Source: Syntrophales bacterium (GTDB taxonomy: Bacteria > Desulfobacterota > Syntrophia > Syntrophales > UBA2185). From it: a stretch of 64,000 nucleotides of DNA. Shown here in pieces: positions 8,838-18,291 of this stretch. The position numbers were made by a program, and so were the translations under genes. Location: NCBI GenBank assembly GCA_049521775.1, contig JBEKOL010000017.1, positions 2,732-66,731 on the forward strand. Reading direction: 5' to 3'. The notes under the pieces were generated by a model. The model worked only from the letters and a program-made list of their open reading frames with translations, was not told where the DNA came from and made no database searches. Every line of letters begins with the position of its first letter. Position 1 is the stretch's first letter.

Positions 8838-10928
8838 ATGGAAGACAAAAAAACCAGGCAACCCATTCTCATTGACATCGGGAAAGTCCGAAAGACTCCT
8901 GAGGAACCATTCCTGCCCCTGTGGTTTTTTCAGCACGATGATCTGATTAATGCCATCGATGCCGGCAGCCGCATCAAAAAAGAAAATCTGATAAATACTC
9001 TAAACCGCATCCATTTTATGGGCGATTCTATCTGCGCCCTCTTGCGCCATCCCAGGTATGACGAAGCAATTCTTGTAAAGGCAATTCTGGAGACTATCGA
9101 AGGGGATGAATTAACCTGTTCATGGGACAAGAGTCAAACAAGTTTCGGCTTAGAGAATTTCCAGTTCAGTTACCTGATAGTAATGGATCAACAGACTATC
9201 ATCCTTATTCCCGCAAAACTGCTGTGTATAGACAGTGCAGGATTCAAGGCACTGTTGCCGGAAGAGAGCTATGTCATAAGCAAGCGCGAGATAAATCGCT
9301 TTTCCTGCCAGGATGTCACTGCGGAGTTGACGCAGAGCGGTTTTCTGGCCAGAGGCAGCCTTATAGATTTCAGCCCGCAGTCTTTCCGCATAAAGGTAAG
9401 CCCTGAAATGCCCTCATCATATCACGAGTTCAATCCTGATGCCGCGGTTACAATCAGATTAACAAGCAATGGGAAAATGCTTTTTTCCGGAAACTGCCGC
9501 TGTCTAAGAGAAACACATGAAATTCACGACTGGGAAATCGTTCTTGCTCCCCCGAGTGAACAAATTAAACGCTTCCAGACAAGAACTGTTCGTCATCCCC
9601 GCCGCCGGATATCCCCCCCGCCGATGGCCGTTTTTGAACATCCATTTTTTAAGAGAAAAATCCAGCGAGAAATCACAGACATCTCCATTACAGGTTTTTC
9701 TGTGTATGACGATGCAAGAGGCGGGATATTGTTGCCTGGAATGATTATGCACGGTCTGTCAATAATCTACGCCGGGGAGTTGAAGATGCGTTGCACAGCC
9801 CAGGTGCTCTATCGCGGGAAGCAGAACGAAAAAGGAATATTGTGCGGCATAGCCATCCTAGACATGGATGTCCACAGTTACAGCCGTTTGAACCGCATCC
9901 TCAGCTTAGATATGGACCATCACTCCTACATATCCACCGAAGTGGATATGGATGCGCTCTGGGAATTCTTCTTCGATACAGGCTTCATATACCCCAAAAA
10001 GTATAAACTACTCCAGGACCGGCGGGAAGATTTCAAAAATACATACAAAAAGCTTTATCAGGAAAACCCTGAGATCGCCATGCACTTTACCTACGAGGAA
10101 AATGGGCGCATTTATGGTCATATGTCAATGCTCAGGGCTTACGAACGCGCATGGATGATACATCACCACGCGGCAAGGCCGATGGAAAACAAACTGCCCG
10201 GTTTTCATGTCTTAAAACATGTGATACTTTTTGGAACTGGCATGTACCATTTGCCCTCCGCAAAAATGGATTACGTGTTATGTTACTTTCGCCCGGAAAA
10301 CAAATTCCCCGACCGCGTCTTTGGGGGTTTTGCAAGGGATTTGAATAACCCGCGCATCTGTTCGTTTGACCTTTTTTCTTATATGACATTTCCGATTGGA
10401 ACACCTCAGAGTAAGCTACCGCAAGGCTGGTCATTGCATGAAAGTACCCACGCCGAATTATGGGAACTGGAACAATTTTATAAACACCAATCCGGCGGGC
10501 TTTTGCTCGATGTACTAAATTTAGGAAAGAAGGACCTTACGGATGACTCACTGGAGAAGGTGTCCCAAAGACTCGGTTTCACAAGAAAGTGGGCCGTCTA
10601 CTCACTTGTCAACAGTGGTAGTCTGAAATCCGTATTGATTGTCAATCAGTCTGATGTCGGGGTTAATTTATCGGAGCTGTTAAACGGCATCACAGTGTTG
10701 GTGATCGACACGGAAAGTCTGCCACGGGAAGTGCTTTACGCGGCCGTAGCACAACTAACAGGGGTTTATCAAACTGACACTATTCCTCTTTTGATTTATC
10801 CGCCTGCTTATTCCGATGTTATGCACATCCCCAGCGAAAAGAAATATCAACTATGGATAATATATATGCGCCATTCCAATAAATTTCTGGAATATGTGCA
10901 GCGGCATTTTAGAATGAGATATGAGTAG
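8838..10928 (+). CDS. Tandem PilZ-domain protein with large uncharacterised C-terminal region
   Basis: Canonical PilZ motifs RHPRRR (RxxxR), then about 25 aa, then DISITGFSV (D/NxSxxG). An upstream degenerate PilZ-like unit reads KREINRF...GSLIDFSPQSFRI. The last ~330 aa (YISTEVDMDALWEFFFDTGFIYPKK...) match no motif I can name with confidence. Confidence 0.6.
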   Translation: MEDKKTRQPILIDIGKVRKTPEEPFLPLWFFQHDDLINAIDAGSRIKKENLINTLNRIHFMGDSICALLRHPRYDEAILVKAILETIEGDELTCSWDKSQTSFGLENFQFSYLIVMDQQTIILIPAKLLCIDSAGFKALLPEESYVISKREINRFSCQDVTAELTQSGFLARGSLIDFSPQSFRIKVSPEMPSSYHEFNPDAAVTIRLTSNGKMLFSGNCRCLRETHEIHDWEIVLAPPSEQIKRFQTRTVRHPRRRISPPPMAVFEHPFFKRKIQREITDISITGFSVYDDARGGILLPGMIMHGLSIIYAGELKMRCTAQVLYRGKQNEKGILCGIAILDMDVHSYSRLNRILSLDMDHHSYISTEVDMDALWEFFFDTGFIYPKKYKLLQDRREDFKNTYKKLYQENPEIAMHFTYEENGRIYGHMSMLRAYERAWMIHHHAARPMENKLPGFHVLKHVILFGTGMYHLPSAKMDYVLCYFRPENKFPDRVFGGFARDLNNPRICSFDLFSYMTFPIGTPQSKLPQGWSLHESTHAELWELEQFYKHQSGGLLLDVLNLGKKDLTDDSLEKVSQRLGFTRKWAVYSLVNSGSLKSVLIVNQSDVGVNLSELLNGITVLVIDTESLPREVLYAAVAQLTGVYQTDTIPLLIYPPAYSDVMHIPSEKKYQLWIIYMRHSNKFLEYVQRHFRMRYE

Positions 10929-10946
10929 TACGGTGTCAAGGCAAAG

Positions 10947-13787
10947 ATGAAAGATACCCCCTTGTACAACAGTAGAATCATCAAGAACTTCGTTGAATAT
11001 CTTAACGAGCATCACCCTGAAGTCAATACAAATGTTCTTCTCAACTATGCGGGAATTACAACCTACCAGCTCGAAGATGGAGGCCACTGGTTCACACAGC
11101 AACAGATCGATCTTTTCCACGAAAAAATGCAACGGGAAACAGGGGTTCCCGATATAGCCCGCGAAGTTGGCCGCAATGCACCTTTTTCAAAGGCTTCTGG
11201 CGCAGTGCCGAAATATGTACTGGGATTCATCACACCTTCCGTCGCCTATTCCATGCTTGGAAAATTCTACCCCTACTTCAGTCGCGCAGTGACCATTCAC
11301 ATAAGGCGCATTGGTCCGAACCAGATCGAAATTCTTGTCATTCCAAATCCGGGTGTCCGAGAAAAACCTTTCCAGTGTGAGAATCGAATAGGCACATTCG
11401 AAGCAATCGCCAAATTGTTCACTGCCAAATTCGCCAGTGTAGAGCACCCTGCCTGCATTCATAGAGAAGGAGACAGCTGCCGCTACATAATAAGCTGGGA
11501 GAAAGCCCCTTCTTTTACATGGAAGACAATCCGCAATTACGTTGCACTTTCGGCTTTTGTGGTCTGTCCGGTCTTATTCTTTATCCTCCACGACACCGAA
11601 TGGGCGTGGACAGTGCCTGCTTTGCTTTATGTACTATTGGTGTCGGTTTTTTTATATTACTCCGAGCATATGGAAAAAAGCGAACTCGCAGCAAACCTCA
11701 AAAGCCAGGGTGATCTAGCCAATATCCTGTTGGATGAGATCAACATGCGCTACAACAATGCCATGCTCGTTCAGGAAATCGGCCAGGCAACTGCCATGAT
11801 TTTAGATAGCGAAAAACTGCTCAAGCTGGTCATAACAGCGATGGAGAATAGATTGGATTTTGATCGTGGCATGATTTTGCTGACCAACCAGGAGAAGACT
11901 CATCTCATTTATAATGTTGGCTACGGTTACAATCCTGAGCATGAGGAACATCTCGCCGGAGTGGAGTTCCATCTCGACAGGCCCCATTCGAGGGGACCCG
12001 CCGTGGAATCCTTTCGTTCGCAGAAACCCATTCTGATTGATGATATATCCAAAATTGCGGACAGCCTCTCAAGAAAGAGTTACCAGATTGCCCAAATGAT
12101 GGGCACCAAGTCATTCATATGCGTTCCCATTGTTTTCGAAAACGAGTCTCTGGGCGTCCTGATGGTTGACAACGTCAAGTCAAAGAGGAGTCTCACTCAG
12201 AGTGATGTGAGTCTTCTGATGGGGATAGCGACCCAGATCGCCATCAGCATGAATAACGCAATATCCTATCAAAAAGTGCTCGAAAGCGAAGAGCGGTTCC
12301 GATCCTTGAGTGAGAATGCCCCGGACATTATTTATACTCTCGATATCAATGGCTCTTTTACTTATATAAATCCCGTCTGGGAGAAAATTCTGGGGCATCG
12401 TAATTATGAAGTTCTAGGACGAAAATTTATTGACTTTATGAGGGAGGAGGATGCCAGAGACTATACTGTGGCTTTTGAGCAGGTGAGGGATGGCAAGCTT
12501 ATTCTGAGAGACAGAGTTGGTACCATCTTGCATAAAGATGGAACGGAAAGGTTTTTTAATATTAGTGGAGCTCCAAACCTCGATTTAAAAGGAAACGTGA
12601 CTGGTATCGTCGGAATCTTCAAAGACATCTCCGAGCAGCAGAAACTTGAATCACAACTGCTCCATGCCCAGAAGATGGAGGCTGTGGGAACCCTTGCTGG
12701 AGGCATCGCTCATGACTTCAACAATCTCCTTACGGGCATACAGGGGTATGCCTCTCTAATGTTTCTCGATATGAATATCACTCACCCCCTCTATGATAAA
12801 CTAAAGGGAATTGAGGACCAAGTGAGAAGCGGCGCGGAGCTGACCAAGCAGCTATTGGGATTTGCCCGCGGCGGCAAGTACGAAGTCACCGTAACCGATA
12901 TGAACGAAATCATCAACAAGACGTCATCCATGTTCGGGAGGACTAAGAAGGAAATCACTATTCACAAGCAGTATAAAGACAATATCTGGGCGGTGGAGGT
13001 TGATCGTGGGCAGATAGAACAGGTGCTCTTGAATATCTATGTAAATGCCTGGCAGGCCATGCCTGGCGGCGGAGATTTGTATCTGGAGACTGCTAACGTC
13101 TTTCTTGATGAGGAGTCTGCCAGACGGTACGGTGTGAAGCCAGGGAGATATGTTCGGGTTGCGGTGACCGATACGGGTGTCGGGATGGATGAACAGACGA
13201 GGGACAGAATCTTTGAGCCCTTTTTCACGACGAAGGAAATGGGGAGGGGTACGGGTCTCGGGCTTGCGTCTGTTTACGGTATTGTCAAAGGGCACAACGG
13301 CATAATAGATGTATACAGTGAAAAGGGGCACGGGGCGACCTTCACCATCTATTTTCCTGCTTCGGAGAAGGAGCTTCTCAAGGAAGAAAAGGTCTTCACA
13401 GATATAGCGATGGGTGAGGGGACAATCCTTCTCGTGGACGACGAAGATGTGATCATTGATGTGGGCAGCGAGATCCTGGAGGTGCTGGGGTACAAGGTCT
13501 CTGTGGCGAGGAGTGGCCGGGAAGCTATAGAAAAATACAAAGAAATGCAAAATGAGATCGACATGGTTATCCTGGATATGATCATGCCGGAAATGGATGG
13601 GGGGGAAACATTCAATGCTCTCAAGTCCATCGATCCCGATATCAAAGTGATCCTTTCCAGCGGATACAGCGCAGACGCACGCTCAACGAGGATGATGGAA
13701 GAGGGTTGCTACGGCTTCATACAAAAGCCCTATAGCGTGAATACGCTTTCGCAAAAAGTGAAGGAGGTCTTGGACAAAAAAATGTGA
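10947..13787 (+). CDS. Hybrid sensor histidine kinase (N-terminal sensor, 2 TM, GAF, PAS, HisKA, HATPase_c, REC)
   Basis: GAF region ([25 protein letters not shown]) and PAS ([18 protein letters not shown]..). H-box [16 protein letters not shown] boxes (NAWQAM, DTGVGMD, GTGLGLA). Receiver domain [28 protein letters not shown]. It starts 18 nt after the PilZ gene stop. Confidence 0.9.
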   Translation: MKDTPLYNSRIIKNFVEYLNEHHPEVNTNVLLNYAGITTYQLEDGGHWFTQQQIDLFHEKMQRETGVPDIAREVGRNAPFSKASGAVPKYVLGFITPSVAYSMLGKFYPYFSRAVTIHIRRIGPNQIEILVIPNPGVREKPFQCENRIGTFEAIAKLFTAKFASVEHPACIHREGDSCRYIISWEKAPSFTWKTIRNYVALSAFVVCPVLFFILHDTEWAWTVPALLYVLLVSVFLYYSEHMEKSELAANLKSQGDLANILLDEINMRYNNAMLVQEIGQATAMILDSEKLLKLVITAMENRLDFDRGMILLTNQEKTHLIYNVGYGYNPEHEEHLAGVEFHLDRPHSRGPAVESFRSQKPILIDDISKIADSLSRKSYQIAQMMGTKSFICVPIVFENESLGVLMVDNVKSKRSLTQSDVSLLMGIATQIAISMNNAISYQKVLESEERFRSLSENAPDIIYTLDINGSFTYINPVWEKILGHRNYEVLGRKFIDFMREEDARDYTVAFEQVRDGKLILRDRVGTILHKDGTERFFNISGAPNLDLKGNVTGIVGIFKDISEQQKLESQLLHAQKMEAVGTLAGGIAHDFNNLLTGIQGYASLMFLDMNITHPLYDKLKGIEDQVRSGAELTKQLLGFARGGKYEVTVTDMNEIINKTSSMFGRTKKEITIHKQYKDNIWAVEVDRGQIEQVLLNIYVNAWQAMPGGGDLYLETANVFLDEESARRYGVKPGRYVRVAVTDTGVGMDEQTRDRIFEPFFTTKEMGRGTGLGLASVYGIVKGHNGIIDVYSEKGHGATFTIYFPASEKELLKEEKVFTDIAMGEGTILLVDDEDVIIDVGSEILEVLGYKVSVARSGREAIEKYKEMQNEIDMVILDMIMPEMDGGETFNALKSIDPDIKVILSSGYSADARSTRMMEEGCYGFIQKPYSVNTLSQKVKEVLDKKM

Positions 13788-14043
13788 TAGCGACTTACTG
13801 CATATTATTGGGTCAGCTGGACAATGGACCCCTTTTGCGAAAATGAACTGCAGGAACAAAATAGCGGTCCCCGTGGAAAGAAAAAGCAACTTTTGTGCTT
13901 ATCTCAGAAGAGAAACACAAGCCTGCTCTACAAATTCGAAAGAAATAATTTTACTTGCTTATAGAGCAAATCATGTTACCCTCCTCACGCTGAGTTCGGT
14001 TTGGTCGTTTTCTTCTCTTCAATGAATTAAGGAAGGTATTTTT

Positions 14044-14874
14044 ATGAGATCAGTCTTAGATTATGCAACGTGGGTAAATGACAATAGAGAACATCTGAAA
14101 ACATTATCCGATAAACGTGTTTTTGTTACGTACGCAGGTGGAAAGGATGCTGCCGTAATACTCCATTTCCTCATACAGGCAAGAAAGGACTTCCATTTTG
14201 AATTTGAAACACATGCTGGCATGTTTCCAACGCACGTTTATACAAACGACGAAGTGCGCAAACTTGATTCATACTGGAAAGCGAGAGACGTACACATAAC
14301 TTGGCATCCTATACCCGCAAATGAATCCGCTTTCGAGATAGCCAAGCAAAAGGGGACAAATCCTTGCGAGGTATGTCACGCGACAAAGAGGAAGACCTTT
14401 CTGGAATACTTGAATCAGACTACCACTGACTGGAATTCTCTTATCATCATTGTTGGTTGGTCGCTCTGGGATCTTGTCGGCTATTCGCTGGAATATTTAT
14501 TCGGCAGTGTCTATGCAAGTGGAGACAATATGTTCCAGGGGAAAAATATCAATGATAGATATTTCAGGACCGGCCAGCGCTTTTATCCCATGTTAAAGAT
14601 GAAAGAAGGTTATACTTTATTCAAACCGTTACTCAGGTACAATGACCAGGACATTAGAAAAGTGGTTCATGATAATCAAATACCGATTCTAACCACGGAT
14701 TGCAAGTATAAGGACTACAGACCCAAACGGCTGTTTGCTGACTGTTACATACAAATGGACCTTTATTTCGACTACGATAAGGTATTGAAATTCGCTCGGG
14801 AAGCGCTTGCCCTGCAAGAACCAACCTCATATACTAATATTAGCAAAGAGAATTTCATAACATCAATCTTTTGA
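14044..14874 (+). CDS. PP-loop (adenine nucleotide alpha-hydrolase, TtcA/TilS-like) family protein with degenerate motifs
   Basis: VFVTYAGGKDAAVILHFL occupies the position of the SGGKDS PP-loop. CEVCHATKRK corresponds to the CxxC..RR segment of TtcA-type enzymes. TLFKPLLRYNDQDIRK..TDCKY resembles the IRPL..E.di..C tail. Good SD (AAGGAAGG). Confidence 0.55.
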   Translation: MRSVLDYATWVNDNREHLKTLSDKRVFVTYAGGKDAAVILHFLIQARKDFHFEFETHAGMFPTHVYTNDEVRKLDSYWKARDVHITWHPIPANESAFEIAKQKGTNPCEVCHATKRKTFLEYLNQTTTDWNSLIIIVGWSLWDLVGYSLEYLFGSVYASGDNMFQGKNINDRYFRTGQRFYPMLKMKEGYTLFKPLLRYNDQDIRKVVHDNQIPILTTDCKYKDYRPKRLFADCYIQMDLYFDYDKVLKFAREALALQEPTSYTNISKENFITSIF

Positions 14875-15202
14875 AGCAAGGCTTCGTGACTGTAATACGC
14901 ATGCGATGCATTCATAATTACCATTTCTGAAACACCTTTCTAATTGCATAAGGGACTACACTCCAGCGCAGATCAAGATATCCGTCACAGAAAGATCTAA
15001 TTATCAAATTAATCCATCATAACAGATAATGGGAATTGATGGGAGCTTCCACTGAAGAGATGTTGTCTTAAAAAAACACGATATCTGAAATCTTATGGGT
15101 TGGGTCGAGTTGGAAAGCCCCTATCCGAGGCAATGTTGCACCCTCTCGGATTTCAAAATCGAAGGCATGGTCTCAATGACCAACCATTTGTAATGCTTTC
15201 AG

Positions 15203-16198
15203 CTAGACGATGCCTTCTATAATTCCCGAGTCACTTGGAAACTGGGAGGGAATGCGTTTAATCTCCTTTGCCCCTGCCCGGGCAAGCATCTCCATTATTT
15301 CGCCCTCAGAGTAAGACCTGCCATTCGCCGTTCCAAGGAGCATATTAAGGGAAAAAAGCGCTGGCTGGAGCGGGCCGTCCATAGTGTTGTCTAGGACAAA
15401 TTCATGAATCAGCAGCACGCCACCCGGTTCCAGAACGGAGGCCGCCCTCTCGATTATCTTCCGGCACTCATCGGGGCCCTCTGCATGAAGAATTTGAGAA
15501 AGCCATGCTACATCATAACTTCCGGGAATATCTTCTTTCAGGTAATCGCCGGCTACGAAATTAATCCGGTCAGCAAGACCGAACCTCTCAATTGTCTTTA
15601 CGGCATAGGGTGCGGTTTCCGGAAGGTCATAGACCGTCGCCCTGAGCCGGGGATTGTTGAGGCAAAAGTGGATGGCATATGTGCCGGGCCCGCCGCCGAG
15701 ATCAAGCAGGTGACTTCTATCAGATATATCTATTGTATTGACCAGCCGGGGAGCCAGATTCATTGCGATGTTGAACATGCCCATGAGAAAACTTTCCCGA
15801 CCTTCTTCATCGCTCCCAGATGATCTTATCCTCATGGGGCCGCCCGTCCTTACCGCCTCATCCAGCTTCGACCATGATAGAGCAAGATGGTGATGATGCA
15901 TGATTATATGGCCCATATAATCCGGGGACTTCTTGGAGAGGAAAGATATACTGGACGGGGTGTTAGAGTATTTCTCGCCTTTCTTCACAAGAAGATTCAT
16001 CGCCGCCAGGGCGTTGAGCAGCATGACAACGCCTCTTTCCTTCGCATTCAATCTCTGAGCAATATCCTCACCTGTAAGTTCATCGCTGTCTATCACAGTA
16101 AATATCCCGAGTCTTATTGCAGCGTGCAGGGCAAAAGATTTCCAGTAGTACCCCGACACCTTCAGCAGTTTATCCGGACTCCATGCACGTGTGTCCAT
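15203..16198 (-). CDS. Class I SAM-dependent O-methyltransferase (plant/natural-product OMT-like, N-terminal dimerisation/winged-helix domain)
   Basis: SAM motif I LLDLGGGPGTYAIHF, then DLPE..., GDYLKEDIP, YDVAWLSQILH, LEPGGVLLIHEF. About 100 aa of N-terminal helical domain. Confidence 0.8.
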   Translation of the reverse strand: MDTRAWSPDKLLKVSGYYWKSFALHAAIRLGIFTVIDSDELTGEDIAQRLNAKERGVVMLLNALAAMNLLVKKGEKYSNTPSSISFLSKKSPDYMGHIIMHHHHLALSWSKLDEAVRTGGPMRIRSSGSDEEGRESFLMGMFNIAMNLAPRLVNTIDISDRSHLLDLGGGPGTYAIHFCLNNPRLRATVYDLPETAPYAVKTIERFGLADRINFVAGDYLKEDIPGSYDVAWLSQILHAEGPDECRKIIERAASVLEPGGVLLIHEFVLDNTMDGPLQPALFSLNMLLGTANGRSYSEGEIMEMLARAGAKEIKRIPSQFPSDSGIIEGIV

Positions 16199-16211
16199 AC
16201 AGATCTTCTAC

Positions 16212-17279
16212 CTATTTGGAATCTTCTCCGTAGTGTTCGTCAATCCACGTCTGGTATTCGCCGCTCCGGATATTTTCAATCCAGGCCCTGTTCTCAAGGT
16301 ACCAAGTTATCGTTTTTCTAATGCCCGAGGCGAAAGATTCCCGCGGATTCCAGTTCAGATCCCTTTGCAGCTTGCTAAAGTCAATGGCGTACCTGCGGTC
16401 GTGCCCCGGTCTGTCTTTCACAAAAGTGATCAGCTTTCTCCTCGACATCCCATCAGAGGAAGGAAGTACTTCATCGAGGATATCGCAGATCATTTCCACA
16501 ATGACGATGTTTTGCATCTCTGAATTGCCGCCTATGTTGAACGTCCCTCCCCTTTCCTCGGATTGCATGATTGTCCAGATGGCTTCACAGTGATCTCTGA
16601 CATACAGCCAGTCACGGACGTTCCTGCCATCTCCATAAACGGGCAGAGGCTTGCCCTCAACAGCATTGAAGATCACGAGGGGGATCAGTTTTTCCGGAAA
16701 CTGGTAAGGGCCGTAATTGTTGGAACAATTGGTGATGATAACGGGGAGGCCGTAAGTTTCATGATAGGCGCGGACCAGGTGATCCGAAGCCGCTTTGGAG
16801 GCTGAATAGGGACTGTTAGGCCGGTACGGGGTCTCCTCCGTGAAATATCCTGCCTCACCGAGGCTGCCAAAGACTTCATCAGTACTCACATGATGAAAGA
16901 GGACAAATCTATCCGCCCTTGCCCTGGCAAGCTCAAGGAGGTTAAAAGTTCCGATAATATTTGTATAGATGAAGCTCTCGGGCCTCTTGATCGAACGGTC
17001 GACATGAGATTCCGCTGCGAAATGGCACACTGCATCAATATTGTAGTCACCGAATATATTCTCCATCCCATCGGCATTACAGATGTCCATCTTTTTAAAG
17101 ACGTACCTGTCGCCAAATTGTTCCCCTATGCCTTTCAGATTTTCGGGATTCCCCGCATAGGTCAGCTTATCGACATTAATTATCCTGCCCGCGAATCCTG
17201 TTTCCTTCAGCATATAATGGATGAAGTTACTGCCGATAAACCCGCAGCCGCCGGTGACCATCAGATTCTTAATATTCAC
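16212..17279 (-). CDS. rfbB: dTDP-glucose 4,6-dehydratase
   Basis: MVTGGCGFIGSNF Rossmann motif, catalytic YSASKAASD (YxxxK), HVSTDEVFG, and the RfbB-typical tail DRPGHDRRYAID..L. Confidence 0.93.
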   Translation of the reverse strand: MNIKNLMVTGGCGFIGSNFIHYMLKETGFAGRIINVDKLTYAGNPENLKGIGEQFGDRYVFKKMDICNADGMENIFGDYNIDAVCHFAAESHVDRSIKRPESFIYTNIIGTFNLLELARARADRFVLFHHVSTDEVFGSLGEAGYFTEETPYRPNSPYSASKAASDHLVRAYHETYGLPVIITNCSNNYGPYQFPEKLIPLVIFNAVEGKPLPVYGDGRNVRDWLYVRDHCEAIWTIMQSEERGGTFNIGGNSEMQNIVIVEMICDILDEVLPSSDGMSRRKLITFVKDRPGHDRRYAIDFSKLQRDLNWNPRESFASGIRKTITWYLENRAWIENIRSGEYQTWIDEHYGEDSK

Positions 17280-17462
17280 GTTACTCCTTTTCCCCCGGTT
17301 CTTACATCAATTCTGACGGGAAAGCGATACGTTTTTCCTGCCCTGGCGGATTGGAATCAACACCATCCATGCTGAAATATTCCCCTGCATTGTATCAAGC
17401 AACCGGACACGGAAAAATATACTGAGACACCCTTAATCCTTATCGCAAGGTTCTCAGCAAAC

Positions 17463-18254
17463 TCATATATATGTCCTCCCCCCGAGATACCTTTTTTTGT
17501 AATAGCTCCTCGATAAGTAATCTACACGGATATTCTTGCCTCTGCCCGGCGCATGGATAAATCTGCCGTCTCCGACATATACGCCCACGTGAGCGACCTT
17601 ACCTTTTCCGGAAGTCGTAAAAAAAACAAGATCACCTTTCAAAAGATCGTTCCTTTCAACGGGGGTACCCGTTTCGTACTGCTCCCTAGTTGAACGGGGC
17701 AGATCAAGACCGTTTAGCTGATACACGGTCATTGACAAACCACTGCAGTCGAAGCCGGTGTTTGGCGAAGAACCGCCCCAGAGATATGGAACACCTACAA
17801 AGCTCTCCGCCGTCTTTATTAGCTCCTCCCTGATATACATATCGCCATACTTTTGTTGTTTGGCAACAGCATATTCATCGGGGTTGATTATATAGAATTC
17901 ATCAATTACCCCGGATGACTTAAGACTCTCTGCCTTTTGGCGCGCGATTACCTTTGATGGGTAATTGCCAAATTGCACCTTGTAAAGCCCTGCGCGGGCC
18001 ACAAAATAGGTGGCATCCAACCCCCGGGCCTGGAGCTGGTCAGTCAGCCGGGCGGCATTTTCGACATCTGAAAAGGCCCCAACCTGAATGGTATAACCCA
18101 GGCGGGTGAGAGGCTTTTCTATAACCTTCGGACGATTACTGTATACCCGCCGTCCTGCACAGCCTGCAAAAAGCACGATAATCAAAAAAATGGCGACCGT
18201 AACTTTCAGGCAGCATCGCAGTCTTAGGGCACATTCTGTTTGTTCCACATGCAT
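17463..18254 (-). CDS. SPOR domain + NlpC/P60 (C40) peptidoglycan endopeptidase lipoprotein
   Basis: Lipobox-like LFAGCAG. SPOR-like GYTIQVGAFSDVENAARL..YKVQFGNY. NlpC/P60 catalytic region YLWGGSSPNTGFDCSGL..HVGVYVGDGRFIHAP. Confidence 0.85.
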   Translation of the reverse strand: MHVEQTECALRLRCCLKVTVAIFLIIVLFAGCAGRRVYSNRPKVIEKPLTRLGYTIQVGAFSDVENAARLTDQLQARGLDATYFVARAGLYKVQFGNYPSKVIARQKAESLKSSGVIDEFYIINPDEYAVAKQQKYGDMYIREELIKTAESFVGVPYLWGGSSPNTGFDCSGLSMTVYQLNGLDLPRSTREQYETGTPVERNDLLKGDLVFFTTSGKGKVAHVGVYVGDGRFIHAPGRGKNIRVDYLSRSYYKKRYLGGRTYI

Positions 18255-18291
18255 AGTAAGATTTGTCAGTCACTTTCTCAAATGCCTTGAG

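Noticed and set aside
12924-13550. 208-aa ORF on the minus strand.
   Set aside because: It is antisense to the HATPase/REC part of the hybrid histidine kinase, so it is a shadow ORF.
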